A DNA stretch of 61,661 bases, filler included, from Anaerolineae bacterium (GTDB lineage: Bacteria > Chloroflexota > Anaerolineae > Epilineales > Epilineaceae), in assembly GCA_029262755.1 (NCBI GenBank). It is 4 parts of 4 records of this genome, joined end to end, with 100 filler letters (N's around TTAATTAATTAA, not from the genome) between each part and the next. Parts side by side here need not be neighbours in the genome. Positions count along the whole stretch, not along the records: positions 1 to 16,132 come from JAJCYU010000384.1; positions 16,233 to 37,341 come from JAJCYU010000385.1; 2 more parts are not named here. One strand, given 5' to 3'. Numbering within the stretch: the first letter of the stretch is position 1; the number at the start of each line of letters is the position of its first letter. The notes below the pieces were generated by a model, which saw nothing but the letters and a program-made list of their open reading frames with translations, was not told the DNA's origin and did not search any database. Shown piece by piece: positions 10,801 through 18,067 of this stretch. The position numbers were made by a program, and so were the translations under genes.

Positions 10801-11134
10801 AGTCTCCGTCGATCGTCAGGCTGCCCCAGGCGTCAAAGCTGGGGGGACGGATGATCACGGTCTCGTAGTTGCCGGTGACCTGCCCCGCAGCCAGGCGCAT
10901 AATGCCGAGCAAGGGATCGTTGACGACGTTGGTCGCGCTCGACACGCCCAGCGTGTCGTCGTATGAGTCGGACCAAATTCCGTCGTTGTTGTCGATGATC
11001 GGGGCGGCAAGGGCGGTTGATGCGAACGCTGCAACCAAAAGAGCCGCGCCTAGACAGGCGGCGGCTCCAGTTCGAAGCAACGCGAAGGTGTCCCACCACG
11101 GTGCGTGGCGGAAGCGTGGGGCGGTATAGGGCAT
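1862..11134 (-). CDS. Giant (3090 aa) secreted surface protein with many DUF11/isopeptide-type Ig repeats and a four-repeat C-terminal domain
   Basis: Signal peptide ending 'ASTALA'; GAGGAG RBS; recurring 'DL.l.K...V.aG..l.Y.l.V.N.GPS.A.NV.l.D.LP' units; C-terminal ~600 aa with 'xxPxx...IQVQN' repeats. Confidence 0.9.
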   Translation of the reverse strand: MPYTAPRFRHAPWWDTFALLRTGAAACLGAALLVAAFASTALAAPIIDNNDGIWSDSYDDTLGVSSATNVVNDPLLGIMRLAAGQVTGNYETVIIRPPSFDAWGSLTIDGDFDLTNLTIEILDPLNSDAVILGPTVMPTGGISLTSLIATTYPELKVRLNLTQTTTAPTVEQLQVTWNAVSVLLLEKDAVTTRAAGVVVVHEISLSVSFVEARGLVVYDTLPHTDVGTVTYPYDYGQDDNPTFESATNGGQYSAAGLVVSGVTVPPNSVYWDLGTIPEGTTTILRMNIDSKNGTLNGTVYENTVRAEASNAVAAASNTVTTTITSSPRPGVSKRAFDVVNIGGTNFVPQGNVITYQISDPPGFIDGNDFAPVDRETMVDSVVWDDVSAMMPFIQGSDCSAFTVLSPADIPNISSEGVCIENYAPPDGSPVLPFAIVWTMHGAANDGVFPPGQTFDGRYRVTVETAPAVMDGDVIDNVACLHSRFTATICDPEQVTIGVDETPQGIYAKGDNLLGSRTANFSFNDDASFRVETGDEFAYLLRTINNGAVALNEIVHIDMVPEEVTYVPGSATVVQLTPSTANANLTVFYSTEPISPTVVPNEPIPPPFDYTQAPADLDVPGNNFWTTVEPANPADVHWVAFHVPVLDAAQCAIVGSCTSPTTPVNNLWLEFRVTANDPFLACEDRVINNYGLFNAFEFTSLAGVQQPVPGGSLSTFDREPTIQVVPRPFFQISAALVTIDPDPVEAPAQITYTLRVANNSVLGTRTEDVEVELRWFGLPINGVQTLQTYVGSTGGSLVSLNPSAGTVTRNIGGLDPGESKFVTLQLLIPGGAPNLTPYRIQARMEGQGPNADCEPVVAFLNRNGIVISQPELQLIKQDVPDEIAPGSELDYALSFNNVGSAPSTGTWIVDRVPPEMVFVEAFGPNVRFSDALPPDLPGTLDIATPLDAAAIAAEFTAGIPGGDGGTPADPYDDPWTSPFGEDTTWVAWLVDDPRITPALLPVDATLREVGFRVRNDEDRTATQQDSPAGTVIFNEAAIFSNELLFAIANEVVTTIEEEPAIQLTKQGPQPPTVTSGDEVLWRIAWANTGGSNASQVILRDLLPPELFFVSATHEWNTTAITNGATPAGPVPIAPVAAVVNPDGSTALDFSIQPPLRGGDVQPQEGGTLTIRAGVRPGIPSGTLIRNVACGVLTNPDGTRQTCDDATVSVLNPDLFLRKLVNQTVVLPGETLTYLLVLSNEGPAPAHNVVLTDNLPPSLTYIPGSARIDSSPPGYFIGQPNVSTAPGGGQVLTWSNAFANPLTDSTLIPPSPGTLRGNSGQIVIAFEARVAPSTPAGSILPCAAVVTTDTPESPPPGFETEFPNQDATEVIVPDVVRLQIAKVASNPNPAAGQQIVYEVQVTNPSASDATDVVVTETLPAGFLHVADSGNCTVNGQVLVCRPAGTAPDYILPGQSTVSFLVLAQLDPALGPGIYICSSCVGASNSEPSEVCDDAPVWVQAISDLRVRKFGKMDGQVRAGDVLTYTVIVDNLGPSFARDVAIKDLLQSSENFDVIDIQSDRDAFCSGDPGPPADTPVPATDWPIVDAPPAFGVLPPTGVADVQQRLEVDCTLSDGDDPNTPENEATLAVLAADGPPNSGRWILTMRVRAAQTQDLDNVASVLTSSIDPDASNDEAYVEHEITDTADLALTKSVVGEVQRIGLPGLVFDISNPGIPFPQAPNYLTSVAEVTAGRRLLYTLTVTNNGPSHSENVLVTDRLPAGATLIPGSLTLSQGSCQTGTPGEALDRLQCGLGTLPLGETATITFQMLVDPSVPAGAVLENDAFVSADIFDPDNADNHVFVQSTVNTWADMSIAKTSVGENKTGWDPVLRRFILQDLPGQVTAGHDLRFEISVQNNGPSDAQNVQVIDVLFTSFQLQRVVGASCRPDDVNSTLLVCDIGDVPAGGRHTFDIYVRMDPSYEFPTITNQALVMWGEATPPDQPPPLPIGDLPALPPTLPVTDDPFLNNNSDSEVVEVNTVADVFVTKVDVPAEPRLDRPFEPDDALAGDEHRYRITFGNMGWSVARDVVVTDLLDLKQAGPGILGETFVRCEPIDPDDVVACSFDGVRTVSVDALQVANDPILPGDLNVGESHSFYLVTRVDPGYVLDADDLIAENTAMVASSTTDFHLENNSDTELTHMIAEADLALVKVDDAAGFATCDPVAPGGLITYDLTVTNEGPSDAADVYVIDQLPSDGNLILDPALVEVDVDAGVVVEIRDDGRITVRVGNDPNNEGIPELGRLNAGSSARITIRVRVAESATCGATIQNTARVETRTNDAAWPPAPEFAPGVGGGPRTPTYDPNAANNVATEGTTVECPAVTVRKTVSFDGTCPGIDLPQVWNRTGQPVTFCFEITNSGTTWLDSIRVTDTLRTRTTMPTIIFTDTITSGADPGLPVAPGETVLRQVTIPHVSKACGTADDTVEVRATPVNSGRTLLPCLGAVEASDNARIAIPCAGVDVRVQLPVLGGDTCETWIQVQNVGKKETKALLVAWGEPGFCPPQSAGPLKTECSGLIRPGSAWSFATGQIPNGARSAIVYSLNASDRIRNERGNQLPFADAVCDAIFQLAVGSHIEWLQFDEAYRYQDVFGGPIGPSGDQLRLDFAAHPGEPLAVSVNRTCMDTDAGVAMSAAYTGISSDMEGAIDPRYGGYGYYAPLIFADRNDLNTWLYVQNSGIECTSLEFWFKAQDNCLRPILGDVLALAPGETLHFDPSTVIGPDWLGTAWIRSTQPLGIVVDTMGDNHFSSYAGVFADVFDLSLSLGNQINYAPLVYSEYQGWDSAIQVQNLSATVNAKVKVYFLDRSGDVITTLVDWICPRGSQTFFLPVIAALPGNWTGSARVESQEWWSPGQPLVDPPKVVSVVLLDRWADPARTVRREAVAYNAQTECLLYDWQIATGTKGGLTSGSAVFAIPMVAKGNRGITSEIGITNLVPKPGFTDFAIFLYDQNGLLDYVCQKLSEKQVEYIDLNTWGAVPPGFLGSMVVSAVFWEHPVFDDEGGFERNLVGLGGVAVERVGATLGDEDVPGDESKAFEAFPVFDHFQQEELPNCPGVPRELRP

Positions 11135-11445
11135 CTTGTCCTCCTCGATGCGAGTCCGAGAAGGTACTGCCGGTCCCTCGCTCGAAGGCGAGAGGCCGTG
11201 CTCATCAGTTGAGCCTACGTCATCGAGTCACGCACATGTCCTCTGGTGCGTCTGTCCCCCCCACGCGCACCGAACGTGGCCTTTAACGTAACGATCGCGT
11301 CCGACCGCGGGGCACCCGAAGGCGCCTTGGTCGTTTTCAACGTTACAATTTGGTATAAAGATACGGCCGGCCCTCACTTTATGGCCGTCGGGTTGAAAAA
11401 CGCGGTCCGTGCAGCTCCGTGGCGACGATCGGTCGGCTCCTGTAG

Positions 11446-12645
11446 CTACCGGTCGCCCGCGTCCGTCTCGGCCGCGCCAGCTGCGTCCTCGGCCGGCCGG
11501 CCTCCGCGCAGCGCTCTGTACGCGCGTTCGTAGGCGCCGGCATCGCGCGCTCCGCGGCTGCGGCGCCGACGTCGGCGCCGAGGCGCCACGCCGATGAAGG
11601 CCAGCGCGAGCGCCGCGCCGAAGAGGTGCGCGTCCAGGCCGGGGCCGCCGCGGCGGATGTACAGGCGGTCGTAGCGCAGTTTTTCCTTCGGCGTGCTGTA
11701 GTAGTCGCCGTAGACTTGGGCCAGGCCGGCAAGGCCGGGGCGCACGGCGTGGCGCGTGGCATAGCGCGGGATGCGCTGGAGGTGGCGCTCGACGAAGACC
11801 GTGCGTTCCGGGCGGGGGCCCACCAGGCTCATCTGACCCCAGGCGATGTTGAGCATCTGCGGCAGTTCGTCGATGTGCGTGCGGCGAAGCAAGCCGCCGA
11901 GCCGTGTTACGCGCGAATCCGAAGGAGCGGCCGGGACGGGACCGGAAGCGCCCTCCGCGTCCTTGATCATCGAGCGCAGCTTCAGCTGGCGGAAGCTGCC
12001 GCCACCGCGCTGGACGGCCACCTTGGCCACCAGCAACGGGCCGGGGTCTTGGAGCCATAGCAAGATGGCAAGCGGCACGGAGATGGGGAGCGAGATCACC
12101 ACGATCGCCAGGGAGACGACGAGGTCGATGAGCCGCTTCGCGCTGGGCCATGGACCGCGGATCAACGCCACGTCCACATGGCCGCGCTGGACGGCGGCGA
12201 CGGTGTCGGGCGTCGGACGTGCGATGACCTCGACGAGGCCCCAGCGCCGCCAGGTCGCGACGAGCGCGGCCGCAAAGGTGCCCAGGACGCCGACGACCGC
12301 GTAGGCCCAGAGCTTCTCGACGCCGAAGCGGCCCTGGTACAGGCCGACCACGATCGCGAGCGTCGCGCCGGCCACGAAGATTAGGCGCAGCTGCTGTTCG
12401 CGTCGCACGGGCCTTGGAAGCCGGACGGCCGCGGCCATGGCAAGCAGGGGGCCGATCAGGAAGATCGCGAAGTACAGGCCCCATTGCAGCGGCGCGCTCT
12501 GGATGTCGTAGTTCCACAGCGACGCGAGCCGCAGCATCGAGCGGCTGACCAACGCGAAGGTGGCGACGGTGGCCAGCGCGTAGAACAACAACGCGAAGGC
12601 GAAGCCCCGCGTGCGGGGCGCCGGCGGAGCGGGCGTCGGGGGCAT
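11446..12645 (-). CDS. Bacterial sugar transferase (WcaJ/CpsE-like phosphoglycosyl transferase)
   Basis: 'KRLIDL', 'KLRSM', 'DSRVTRLGGLLRRTHIDELPQMLNI..GQMSLVGPRPE', 'RPGLAGLAQV', 'KLRYDRLY' motifs; N-terminal TM helices. Confidence 0.92.
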   Translation of the reverse strand: MPPTPAPPAPRTRGFAFALLFYALATVATFALVSRSMLRLASLWNYDIQSAPLQWGLYFAIFLIGPLLAMAAAVRLPRPVRREQQLRLIFVAGATLAIVVGLYQGRFGVEKLWAYAVVGVLGTFAAALVATWRRWGLVEVIARPTPDTVAAVQRGHVDVALIRGPWPSAKRLIDLVVSLAIVVISLPISVPLAILLWLQDPGPLLVAKVAVQRGGGSFRQLKLRSMIKDAEGASGPVPAAPSDSRVTRLGGLLRRTHIDELPQMLNIAWGQMSLVGPRPERTVFVERHLQRIPRYATRHAVRPGLAGLAQVYGDYYSTPKEKLRYDRLYIRRGGPGLDAHLFGAALALAFIGVAPRRRRRRRSRGARDAGAYERAYRALRGGRPAEDAAGAAETDAGDR

Positions 12646-12684
12646 TCGACCTCGGGGTGGGGTTCACGGCATGATCGGGCGACC

Positions 12685-13521
12685 ATGATACCTGAGCCGC
12701 ACCGACCGACAATCGACGTCCTCCTGCCGGATCGCCGCCGCACCGTGCTCGGTGTGCGCGTAGACGACCTGTCTTGGGAGGAGGCGCTTGCTGCCATCGA
12801 CACGATGGTGGCGGATCATGCGGCGCATGGAAGGCTGCATCTGGTGATCACGCCGAACCCTGAAATCGTGATGCAGGCGCGCGCCGACGATGCGCTGCGC
12901 CATCTCATCGCCGCGGCCGACTTGGCCCTATGCGACGGCGTGGGACTGCGTTGGGCCGGCGCACGCCTTGGGCAGCCGCTACGCGCGGTGATTCCCGGCA
13001 GCGCGCTCAGCCTCCGGCTCGCGGAGCGCCACGCTTCGGTCGGTTGCCGCTGGTTTTTGCTCGGCGCGGAAGACGGCGTGGCGGAGCGCGCCGGACGGAC
13101 GCTCTCCGCGCGGCATCCCGGCCTGACGATCGCCGGCGTCCACACAGGCTCCCCTGCCCGTGCGGACGACAAGGACGCGCGCGCGGCAATCGCCGCGGCG
13201 GGCCCGATCGACATTCTGCTGGTGGCCTATGGAACGCCGGGCCAGGAGATGTGGATCGCGCGCAACCAACCGCACCTGGACGTCGCGGTGGCGATCGGTG
13301 TCGGCGGAACGTTGGACTTTCTGGCCGGCGAGCAGCCTTGGCCGCCGGAATGGGTCGAGAGCATGGGGCTCATTTGGCTGTGGCGTCTGATCCGGCAGCC
13401 GCGTCGCTGGCGCCGCCAGCTACGGCTGCTGCGTTTCGTGGTGCTTGTGCTACAGGCGTCCGTCCGTCGAGCACGTTCCGAACGTCGGGCACGCTCCGAA
13501 CGTCGGGCACGCGAGAGCTAG
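12685..13521 (+). CDS. WecB/TagA/CpsF-family glycosyltransferase
   Basis: 'VITPNPEIV', 'DGVGL', 'FLLGA', 'VAYGTPGQEMWI', 'IGVGGTLDFLAG', 'WLWRLIRQPRRWRR'. Start placed at ATG 12685; the longer ORF overlaps the divergent gene. Confidence 0.9.
   Translation: MIPEPHRPTIDVLLPDRRRTVLGVRVDDLSWEEALAAIDTMVADHAAHGRLHLVITPNPEIVMQARADDALRHLIAAADLALCDGVGLRWAGARLGQPLRAVIPGSALSLRLAERHASVGCRWFLLGAEDGVAERAGRTLSARHPGLTIAGVHTGSPARADDKDARAAIAAAGPIDILLVAYGTPGQEMWIARNQPHLDVAVAIGVGGTLDFLAGEQPWPPEWVESMGLIWLWRLIRQPRRWRRQLRLLRFVVLVLQASVRRARSERRARSERRARES
13465..13512 (+). repeat. 18-bp tandem repeat (about 2.7 copies) encoding RRARSE tail
   Basis: cgtcgagcacgttccgaa / cgtcgggcacgctccgaa / cgtcgggcacgc. Confidence 0.8.
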
Positions 13522-13690
13522 GCCGGGGGGCGGGCGCGTCGACTCGTTGAATGTTCGAGGGGCGGACCCGTCGGAACCAGGCGGGCGTTCCGGTTCTGGG
13601 CGGAGAAGACAGTCGCATTCTGTGGTAGCCGGAACCGCGCCGGTGCTCGTTTCGCCACGGACATCCGGCCCGCAGTCGGCCTTCCTCCAG

Positions 13691-15631
13691 CTAGCCCCCG
13701 TCGAAATGGCGGTCGAACCAGCGGGCGAAGACCAGCAAGCCCCAGACGTTGCGGCTGAGGTTGCGCCGTCCGCTCAGGTGGTCGTCCACGACGCGCGCGA
13801 CGGCTTCGGGCTCGAAGATGCCGCGGCGCGCGACGGCCTCCCGGCCGAGCTCGCGCTCGACCATGGGCCGCAGCGGGCCCTTGAGCCAGGCCGGGACCGG
13901 TACGTGGAAGCCGGCTTTCGGCCGGTCGACGATCTCGGGCGGCAGGATATCGCGCGCGACGCGCTTCAGCAGCCACTTTAGGTCCATGCCGCGCGTCACG
14001 GGCCGGACCTTGTAGCGAGCGGGTACCCGCGCCATGAAGTCCACGAGCTCGCGGTCGAGCAGGGGCACGCGGACCTCGAGCCCGTGGGCCATGCTCGCAC
14101 GGTCCACCTTGGTGAGCATATCGTCCGGCAGGCTGAGACCGAGGTCGATGGCCATGAGCCGGTTGAGCAGGTCGGCGTTGGGGTAGGCGTCGAAAGCGGC
14201 CCGGAAGGCGGCGTGCGTGGGGCGGATCCCTTCCGGAGCGCGGCTTCCGTACAGCGCGGCCTTGTCGGACTCGTCGAAGATCTCGCGCCACGCGAGGTGC
14301 GCGGAGGCCGGGTCGCGCGCGGCGCCGGCCGCGAAGCGCTGGAGCTTCAGGTCGAGTCCCATCTTGCCGTCGGAGGTCGGGACGAGCCCGGCGGCCGTAC
14401 GAAGCGCAGCGCGCGCGGGGGCCGCGAAACCCGGTCGCAACAGGCGCGCCAGGCGGTCCGCCTTGTAGATCACGTAGCCGCCGAAGACCTCGTCGCCGCC
14501 GTCGCCCGAGAGCACCACCTTCACGTCGCGCGCCGCCTGCTCGCTCACCGCCCATGCAGCGATCGCGGAGCTGTCAGCGAAGGGCTCATCGTAGGTGCTG
14601 ACCATCGCCTCTAGCATCGCCTCGGGATCGGGGCGCACCACGAGCTCGTTGTGCTCGGTACCGAAGGCATCGGCTACGCGCCGCGCCCAGACGCGCTCGT
14701 CGTAGCCTGCGTCGTCGAAGCCGATCGTGAAGGTGCGCACCGGCCGGTCGGCGATGCGGGCCATGAGCGCCACGACCAGGCTCGAGTCGAGCCCGCCGGA
14801 GAGGAACGCACCGACCGGCACATCGCTGACCATCGTGGCTTCGACGGCGTCCTCGAGGTGGGTGCGCAGCGCGGCGGTGAGCCCGTCTACGCTGCGCGGC
14901 ATTGCGAGGGCCGGACCCTCGCCCGGGGCGGGCGTGCCGGCGTGCTGCGCGGGCAACGACCACCAGCGGCGTACGCTCGTTGCCATGGCGCGCGGCTCCC
15001 CGGCCCGCCACTCCAGAATCTCGCCGGGCCCGAGTCGGTGGATGCCCGCGAACATTGTCCGCGGCCCCGACACGAAGTCGAGCGACAGGTAGTCGTGCAG
15101 GGCTTGGCGGTCGAGATCGGTGGCGAAGCCGGCCGCGAGGATGCCCTTGATCTCCGAGGCGAAGACCAGGCCGTCCGCGGTCTCGGCCCAAAAGAGCGGT
15201 TTGATGCCCATCCGATCGCGCACCAACAGCAGACGGCCGCGCGCGGCGTCCCACACGGCGATCGCGAACATGCCGCGGATCGGCTCGGCGAGGCCCGGCC
15301 CATGTTCTTCGTACAGGTGCGGCAGGATCTCGGTGTCGCCGGCCGCCCGGAATGCGTGGCCCTTCGCGGCGAGGTCGGCGCGCAAGGCTTCGTAGTTGTA
15401 GAGCTCGCCGTTCTGAACCGCGACAACGGAGCTGTCCTCGTTGTGGACCGGTTGCTGCCCCGTCGCGAGATCGATGATCGACAGCCGCACCGCGCCGAGG
15501 CCCACGACGCCGTCCGACCAGAACCCGCGCTCGTCCGGCCCCCGATGGCCGAGCGCGTCGGCCATGCGCGTCAGCATCCGGTTGTCGACCAGGCCGCCGG
15601 GACGCATCGCGGCGCCGAAGATTCCACACAT
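13691..15631 (-). CDS. asnB: Asparagine synthase (glutamine-hydrolysing), polysaccharide-cluster amidotransferase type
   Basis: Class II amidotransferase N-terminus 'MCGIFG', 'HRGPD', 'NGELYN', 'FLSGGLDSS', 'SGDGGDEVFGGY', 'KVDRASMAHGLEVRVP'. Confidence 0.95.
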   Translation of the reverse strand: MCGIFGAAMRPGGLVDNRMLTRMADALGHRGPDERGFWSDGVVGLGAVRLSIIDLATGQQPVHNEDSSVVAVQNGELYNYEALRADLAAKGHAFRAAGDTEILPHLYEEHGPGLAEPIRGMFAIAVWDAARGRLLLVRDRMGIKPLFWAETADGLVFASEIKGILAAGFATDLDRQALHDYLSLDFVSGPRTMFAGIHRLGPGEILEWRAGEPRAMATSVRRWWSLPAQHAGTPAPGEGPALAMPRSVDGLTAALRTHLEDAVEATMVSDVPVGAFLSGGLDSSLVVALMARIADRPVRTFTIGFDDAGYDERVWARRVADAFGTEHNELVVRPDPEAMLEAMVSTYDEPFADSSAIAAWAVSEQAARDVKVVLSGDGGDEVFGGYVIYKADRLARLLRPGFAAPARAALRTAAGLVPTSDGKMGLDLKLQRFAAGAARDPASAHLAWREIFDESDKAALYGSRAPEGIRPTHAAFRAAFDAYPNADLLNRLMAIDLGLSLPDDMLTKVDRASMAHGLEVRVPLLDRELVDFMARVPARYKVRPVTRGMDLKWLLKRVARDILPPEIVDRPKAGFHVPVPAWLKGPLRPMVERELGREAVARRGIFEPEAVARVVDDHLSGRRNLSRNVWGLLVFARWFDRHFDGG

Positions 15632-15638
15632 GGGGGCG

Positions 15639-15644
15639 ATTATA
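15639..15644 (-). promoter_or_regulatory. -10 box TATAAT 7 nt before the asnB ATG (probable leaderless transcript)
   Basis: Minus strand reads TATAAT-cgccccc-ATG. Confidence 0.65.
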
Positions 15645-15845
15645 GGGCGGCGGCGAGGCCCGCGGACGATACGCGACCCACGCGCAGGCGCCGGACGGGC
15701 GCCGCCGCCGCGAGCAACCGTCGGTCGGCGCCCGCGCGACGGCGAACCATGCGGCTGCCGCGTCGTCTTGCGGGGCTTCTCGTAGCGCGCCACAATACGG
15801 TTTCCGCGAGTCCTCCCGCGCGGATCATCCAAGGACAACCGCCCC

Positions 15846-16132
15846 GTGTTTCCCGAGGGTCTGCCGACCGGCGCACGCCCAGAGCCCGGATTGGCAGTTC
15901 AACCGGATCCGCTGCTCCAACGCGAGCGCGTCATCGACGAGCCGGTTACCGGCATCGTCCTGGCGGGCGGGCGCGGCCGGCGGATGGGTTGGCGTGACAA
16001 GGCATGGGTGGAGCTCGCCGGCAGGCCGCTCGCACGGTGGGTGCTCGATGCCCTCGAGGAGGTCACGGACCGCCAGATCATCGTGGCGCGCGAGCCGGGG
16101 CGTCTGGCGGAATTCGGCGTGCCGGTTGTGAT
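15846..16132 (+). CDS. mobA: MobA-like NTP transferase (molybdenum cofactor guanylyltransferase), 3'-truncated by contig end
   Basis: '[17 protein letters not shown]...LAGRPL' nucleotidyltransferase motif; runs into N linker. Confidence 0.75.
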
Positions 16133-16232
16133 NNNNNNNNNNNNNNNNNNNNNNNNNNNNNNNNNNNNNNNNNNNNTTAATTAATTAANNNNNNNNNNNN
16201 NNNNNNNNNNNNNNNNNNNNNNNNNNNNNNNN
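16133..16232. other. Artificial contig linker
   Basis: 44 N + TTAATTAATTAA + 44 N. Confidence 0.98.
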
Positions 16233-16475
16233 GCCGTCGCCGTCGCCGTCACCATCGCCGTCGACGTGGACATAGTGCACTGCGCGTTGTGGGACCATGA
16301 CGGACCAGGACGAGCGGCCGGCGCGTAGACGGTTCGCATCGTTCACGCTCGCCCGACCGAAACGCGTTCCCCGCATCCTGTGACGGCTTGTGGCGCACGA
16401 GGCATGTAGAGAGCGCATTCGGGAATCGCGGAAGCCTGCTCGTGCGCGAACGCCGGAGATCCCAGGAGGACGACC

Positions 16476-18053
16476 ATGCCCATCACGCGTCGCACGTTGC
16501 TCGCCGGGGGCGCCGCCACTATCGGCGCCGCGGCGGTCGCGCCCCAGCTCGTCGCGGAAACCGGCGCGGTTCGCGGCGCATGGGCCGCCGGTTGCCAGCG
16601 GCCGTTGCCCGCGCCGTCGCCGGAGGGGCACCTGCTCAACCGCGCGACCTACGGCGCCACGCGCAAGGAGCGGGCCTGGGTGCGGGTGATCGGCCACGCC
16701 GCCTGGATCGAGGAGCAGCTGCAACCCGAGACGATCGACGATTCCGCGGTGGACGCGGCGCTCGCGCCGTTGTTGTCGCTGAACTGGACGCTACCCGAGA
16801 TCAAGAGCAACGGCTTCAACGGGCCGACGCCGCTGAGCAACGAGCTCGTCGCGGCGACGCTGTACCGCGCGATCGCCAGCCGCAAGCAACTCTTCGAGGT
16901 GATGGTCGAGCTGTGGTCGAACCAATTCAACGTCTATCACCCGGAGGAGTTCGTCTCGCGGGTCAAGACCTGGGACGATCGCGAGGTCTTCCGCAAGCAT
17001 GCGCTCGGCAATTTCCGCGATCTCGTGCACGGCAGCGCTTCGAGCCCCGCGATGCTGCGCTTCCTGAACGCGAACCGCAACACCAAGGCCGGCCCGAACG
17101 AGAACTACGCACGCGAGCTCATGGAGCTGCACACGCTCGGCGTGGACGGCGGCTACACCGAGCAGGACGTCAAGGAGGTGGCGCGCGCCTTCACCGGCTG
17201 GCGCTACGGCAACGACAATTGGGCCTTCGAGTTCAACGGCGGAGATCACGCGGACGGTCCCTACGACGTGCTCGGCCGGACGATCACCGAGCGCGGCGTG
17301 ATGGCCGGCCGAGCGGTCATCGACCGGCTGGTCGATCACCCCTCCTGCGCGCGCCACGTGGCGCGACGCCTGTGCCTACACTTCGTATCGGACGCGCCGA
17401 GCGAGCGAATCATCGCCGACGTCGCGGCCGTATTCGGCGCCGACGGCGACATCCGCGCCATGCTGCGGGTGCTGCTCAACCACGACGAGTTCAAATCGTC
17501 CTTCGCCGCCCCCGACGGCGGACCGGCCAAGCTGCGCCGACCCATGTCGCATTGGGCAGGCGCGCTGCGGGCCCTCGAGGTCGATCCGGGCATCCTGCTG
17601 ACCCAGATCCCGGAAGACGCCTACGACGGCGAGGGCATCGTGCGCTACGGCGACGACCGAGCCGAGGACTTCCTGCAGCGCATGGACCACCTGCCCTTCC
17701 GCTGGCCCGCGCCCGACGGCTACCCCGCCACCGGACCTTGGTGGAGCGGCATGCACGTGCTCGTCGGTCGGTGGAACTACGCGATGGCGCTGGTCGAAGG
17801 CCGTCTACGCGGCATGGATCCGGACCTGGTCGGCGCCACGACACGTGCCGGCATCGCCCACACCGCGGATGCGCTGGTGGACCATTGGGCCGACCGCGTC
17901 GTCGGCCGCCCCCTGTCCACGGACGATCGCGACCGGCTGGTCGCGTTCGTCGGTCGCGGTGCGACGGGCGCGCTGTCCGCCGCGGACGTTGCCGTGCGGC
18001 TGCCGTTGCTCGTTGCGTTGTTGCTCGACAGCCCCTACTTCACCTGGCGCTAG
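16476..18053 (+). CDS. DUF1800-family protein with Tat signal
   Basis: 'TRRTLL' twin-arginine signal; 'PNENYARELMELHTLGVDGGYTEQDVKEVARAFTGW' signature; AGGAGG RBS. Confidence 0.93.
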   Translation: MPITRRTLLAGGAATIGAAAVAPQLVAETGAVRGAWAAGCQRPLPAPSPEGHLLNRATYGATRKERAWVRVIGHAAWIEEQLQPETIDDSAVDAALAPLLSLNWTLPEIKSNGFNGPTPLSNELVAATLYRAIASRKQLFEVMVELWSNQFNVYHPEEFVSRVKTWDDREVFRKHALGNFRDLVHGSASSPAMLRFLNANRNTKAGPNENYARELMELHTLGVDGGYTEQDVKEVARAFTGWRYGNDNWAFEFNGGDHADGPYDVLGRTITERGVMAGRAVIDRLVDHPSCARHVARRLCLHFVSDAPSERIIADVAAVFGADGDIRAMLRVLLNHDEFKSSFAAPDGGPAKLRRPMSHWAGALRALEVDPGILLTQIPEDAYDGEGIVRYGDDRAEDFLQRMDHLPFRWPAPDGYPATGPWWSGMHVLVGRWNYAMALVEGRLRGMDPDLVGATTRAGIAHTADALVDHWADRVVGRPLSTDDRDRLVAFVGRGATGALSAADVAVRLPLLVALLLDSPYFTWR

Positions 18054-18067
18054 GCGGGAGAGAGACC

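Noticed and set aside
11160..11215. CTGATGA on the minus strand as hammerhead ribozyme core
   Set aside because: No GAAA or cleavage-site elements in the required arrangement.
16133..16232. TTAATTAATTAA repeated three times in the window
   Set aside because: Identical 100-nt N-padded linkers from contig concatenation; gene neighbourhoods across them were not interpreted as operons.
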